NCBI GenBank assembly: GCA_963771175.1
Contig: CAVYSY010000011.1
Location: 128,001 to 192,000, forward strand
From: an uncultured delta proteobacterium
Lineage (GTDB): Bacteria > Myxococcota > Myxococcia > Myxococcales > Myxococcaceae
Direction: 5' to 3'
DNA: 64,000 nucleotides
In this document: positions 61,772-64,000 of the stretch, one piece after another
How the letters are laid out: the number at the start of each line of letters is the position of its first letter
Numbering within the stretch: the stretch's first letter is position 1
Position numbers and translations under genes: made by a program
The notes under the pieces: model-generated
What the model saw: the letters and a program-made list of their open reading frames with translations, nothing else
Told to the model about the DNA's origin: nothing
Databases searched by the model: none

Positions 61772-63007
61772 GTGGGGAGCGCAGCCCGGCAGCTCGTCAT
61801 CAATCCAGTCAGTCCCGAGAACCTTCTCGATCCAGTCCCGCTCTACGAGGAGATGCGCAAGAACGCCCCGGTCTTCTGGTCTGACCTGGTGCAGGCCTGG
61901 TTCATCACGCGTAACGAGGACGTGATGAACTGCTTCCGCGACAGCCGGCTGAGCGCCAACCGGACGAGGTTCTACGAGGCGCAGCTCCGAGGCATGGACG
62001 TGGAGGTCATCCGGGAGCTGATGCAGAGCCTCAGCCACCAGGTGGGCATGAAGGACGGCGCGGAGCACCAGCGCCTGCGCCGGCAGGTCAACCCGGGCTT
62101 CACACCACAGATGCTCGACTCCTGGCGGCCCGCCATCCGCCGCATCATGGAGATGTTGGTGGACCGGGTCGAGCCCATGGGCCGCATGGACCTGTTCCTG
62201 GATATCGCGCACCAGTTGCCTGTGCTCGTCATCGCGGAGATCCTGGGCATCCCCGCAGAGGATCGCGAGCGCTTCCAGGCGTGGGTGCAGCCGATCGCCG
62301 AATTCACGAGCCCCTCCCTGGGGGTGGACGTGGCGGCGCTGGCCCGCCGGGCCACCGCGTCCATGAAGGAGTTCAATGCCTACCTGCTCGGGGTCATCCA
62401 GGAGCGCCGCCGCACCCCCGGTGACGACGTGCTCAGCCGGATGATCCACAATCAGGAGGGGGGTGGGATGTCCGAGGATGAGCTGGTGGCCAACGTCAAC
62501 CTCATCCTCTCGGCCGGGCATGTCACGACCACCGACCTGCTCAGCAACACCGTCCATGATCTGCTGGCGCACCCCGACCAGTACCAGAAGCTCCGGGAGG
62601 ACCGCGGTCTGCTGGCCTCGGCGGTGGAAGAGGCCATCCGCTTCACCCCATCGATGCCTTTCATCCACCGGATCGCCGTGGAGGACGTCCAGCTCCATGG
62701 CAAGACCATCCGCAAGGGCGACGTCGTCTTCCTCGGCCTGTCGTCCGCCAATCGCGATCCGGAGGCTTTCCCGGACCCGGATACCTTCGATATCACCCGC
62801 AGTCCATCCCCGCAGAAGAACATGGCCTTCGCCTTCGGGCCGCACTACTGCCTGGGCTCGGGGCTGGCCCGCCGCGAAGTGGAGATAGCCCTCGACGTGC
62901 TCCTCGAGCGTCTGCCCGGCCTGCGCCTGGACGAGCGGATCCCGCCGCGCGTCAAGTGCCACACCTTGCTCTTCCGGGGCTTTGATTCGCTGCCCGTGCG
63001 TTGGTAG
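61772..63007 (+). CDS. Cytochrome P450
   Basis: HQRLRR, SAGHVTT I-helix, EEAIR, ANRDP, AFAFGPHYCLG heme motif. Confidence 0.96.
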   Translation: MGSAARQLVINPVSPENLLDPVPLYEEMRKNAPVFWSDLVQAWFITRNEDVMNCFRDSRLSANRTRFYEAQLRGMDVEVIRELMQSLSHQVGMKDGAEHQRLRRQVNPGFTPQMLDSWRPAIRRIMEMLVDRVEPMGRMDLFLDIAHQLPVLVIAEILGIPAEDRERFQAWVQPIAEFTSPSLGVDVAALARRATASMKEFNAYLLGVIQERRRTPGDDVLSRMIHNQEGGGMSEDELVANVNLILSAGHVTTTDLLSNTVHDLLAHPDQYQKLREDRGLLASAVEEAIRFTPSMPFIHRIAVEDVQLHGKTIRKGDVVFLGLSSANRDPEAFPDPDTFDITRSPSPQKNMAFAFGPHYCLGSGLARREVEIALDVLLERLPGLRLDERIPPRVKCHTLLFRGFDSLPVRW

Positions 63008-63138
63008 GGACCTGGCGGTCGCCCCGGACCCTGCTTCATCGTCGGCCAACCCCCCTGCTTCGTCCGTGCTCGACAAGCAGGTGGGGTGGCACTAGCGTCG
63101 GGGCCGTGCAAGATCCGGCCAATGAAACGTCTACCGGG

Positions 63139-64000
63139 GTGACGGGCTCCACCCAGAGCCAGCGCTTCAACTTGGTCTCCCCTGAGAACCTGCTCAATCC
63201 CATTCCCGTCTACAAGCATCTGCGGGAGAACGACCCGGTTCATTGGTCCGACGTACTGCAAAGCTGGTTCATCACCCGTCACGACGACGTGGTGAACGGC
63301 TTTCGTGACCCGCGCCTGAGCGCCGACCGCAGCCAGTTCCTGGAGCATCAGGTGCGGCTGCTGGGACTGACCCCTGAGATCATCGGGAACATCATCGAGA
63401 GCCTCCGCCGACAGATGGTGAACGCGGATGGTGCGGCACACCTGCGCCTGCGCCGACTGGCCAGCCCGGGCTTCACTCCCCAGCTGCTCGACACCTGGCG
63501 CCCGGCCATCCGCACCACCATGAACATGCTGATGGAGCGGGTGCAGGGGCGGGAGCGCATGGACCTGGTGAAGGAGCTGTCCTACCAGCTGCCACCGCTC
63601 ATCATCTGCGAGCTGCTCGGCGTGCCCGCCGAGGATCGCGAGCGCTTCCAGGAGTGGGGGCGAACCATCGTCCAGTTCAACAGCCCCACGGTGGGCGTGG
63701 ACCTGGTGGATCTGGCCCACCGGGCCAACGAGGCCATGGGGGAACTCACCCGATATCTGACGACGGTCATCGAGAAGCGCCGCCACTCCCCGGGCCAGGA
63801 TGCACTCAGCTTGATGATCCAATCCCAGGCGGAGGGGGGGTTGTCCGAGGAGGAGGTGCTGGCCAACGCGGTGCTCCTGCTGTCGGCTGGGCACCTCACC
63901 ACCACCGATCTGCTCAGCAATGGCGTGCACGATCTGCTGTCGAACCCTGAGCAGTTCCAGAAGCTGCGCGAGGATCCCGCCCTGATCAAGTCGGCCGTGG
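63139..64000 (+). CDS. Cytochrome P450, tandem paralog of 61772..63007, truncated by window edge
   Basis: Absent from ORF track because no stop in window. From GTG 63139: VSPENLLNPIPVYKHLRENDPVHWSDVLQSWFITRHDDV..HLRLRR..SAGHLTTTDLL. Confidence 0.92.
   Translation, partial: MTGSTQSQRFNLVSPENLLNPIPVYKHLRENDPVHWSDVLQSWFITRHDDVVNGFRDPRLSADRSQFLEHQVRLLGLTPEIIGNIIESLRRQMVNADGAAHLRLRRLASPGFTPQLLDTWRPAIRTTMNMLMERVQGRERMDLVKELSYQLPPLIICELLGVPAEDRERFQEWGRTIVQFNSPTVGVDLVDLAHRANEAMGELTRYLTTVIEKRRHSPGQDALSLMIQSQAEGGLSEEEVLANAVLLLSAGHLTTTDLLSNGVHDLLSNPEQFQKLREDPALIKSAV

Overview
GC-rich myxobacterial DNA, most consistent with Cystobacterineae/Archangiaceae. That placement is inferred from a Che5-type chemosensory cluster, DUF2378 and DUF2381 family genes, and PEGA-type Ser/Thr kinases. 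Most of the window is core genome: a trp operon segment (DAHP synthase, trpD, trpC), crtW-like ketolase, msrPQ, a kinase/TonB-receptor/lipoprotein operon, an Omp85 plus PIG-B-like mannosyltransferase pair, a DPP-IV peptidase, a cold-shock protein, sucAB, fabI, a seven-gene Che cluster, clpSA, nfu and two methyltransferases. About a dozen genes, including housekeeping ones, carry single-base frameshifts that look like assembly errors rather than true pseudogenes. The most notable region is 55.2-64 kb, a putative labdane-related diterpenoid cluster: a class II DxDD cyclase, a divergent class I DDxxD synthase and three P450s. A 6-TM chemoreceptor gene sits inside it, suggesting a possible terpenoid signal plus its own sensor. 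The cluster runs off the right edge. A second candidate system is a possible trans-envelope module linking a membrane Ser/Thr kinase to a TPR-bearing TonB-dependent receptor. All family calls come from motif recognition by eye; no database searches were run.
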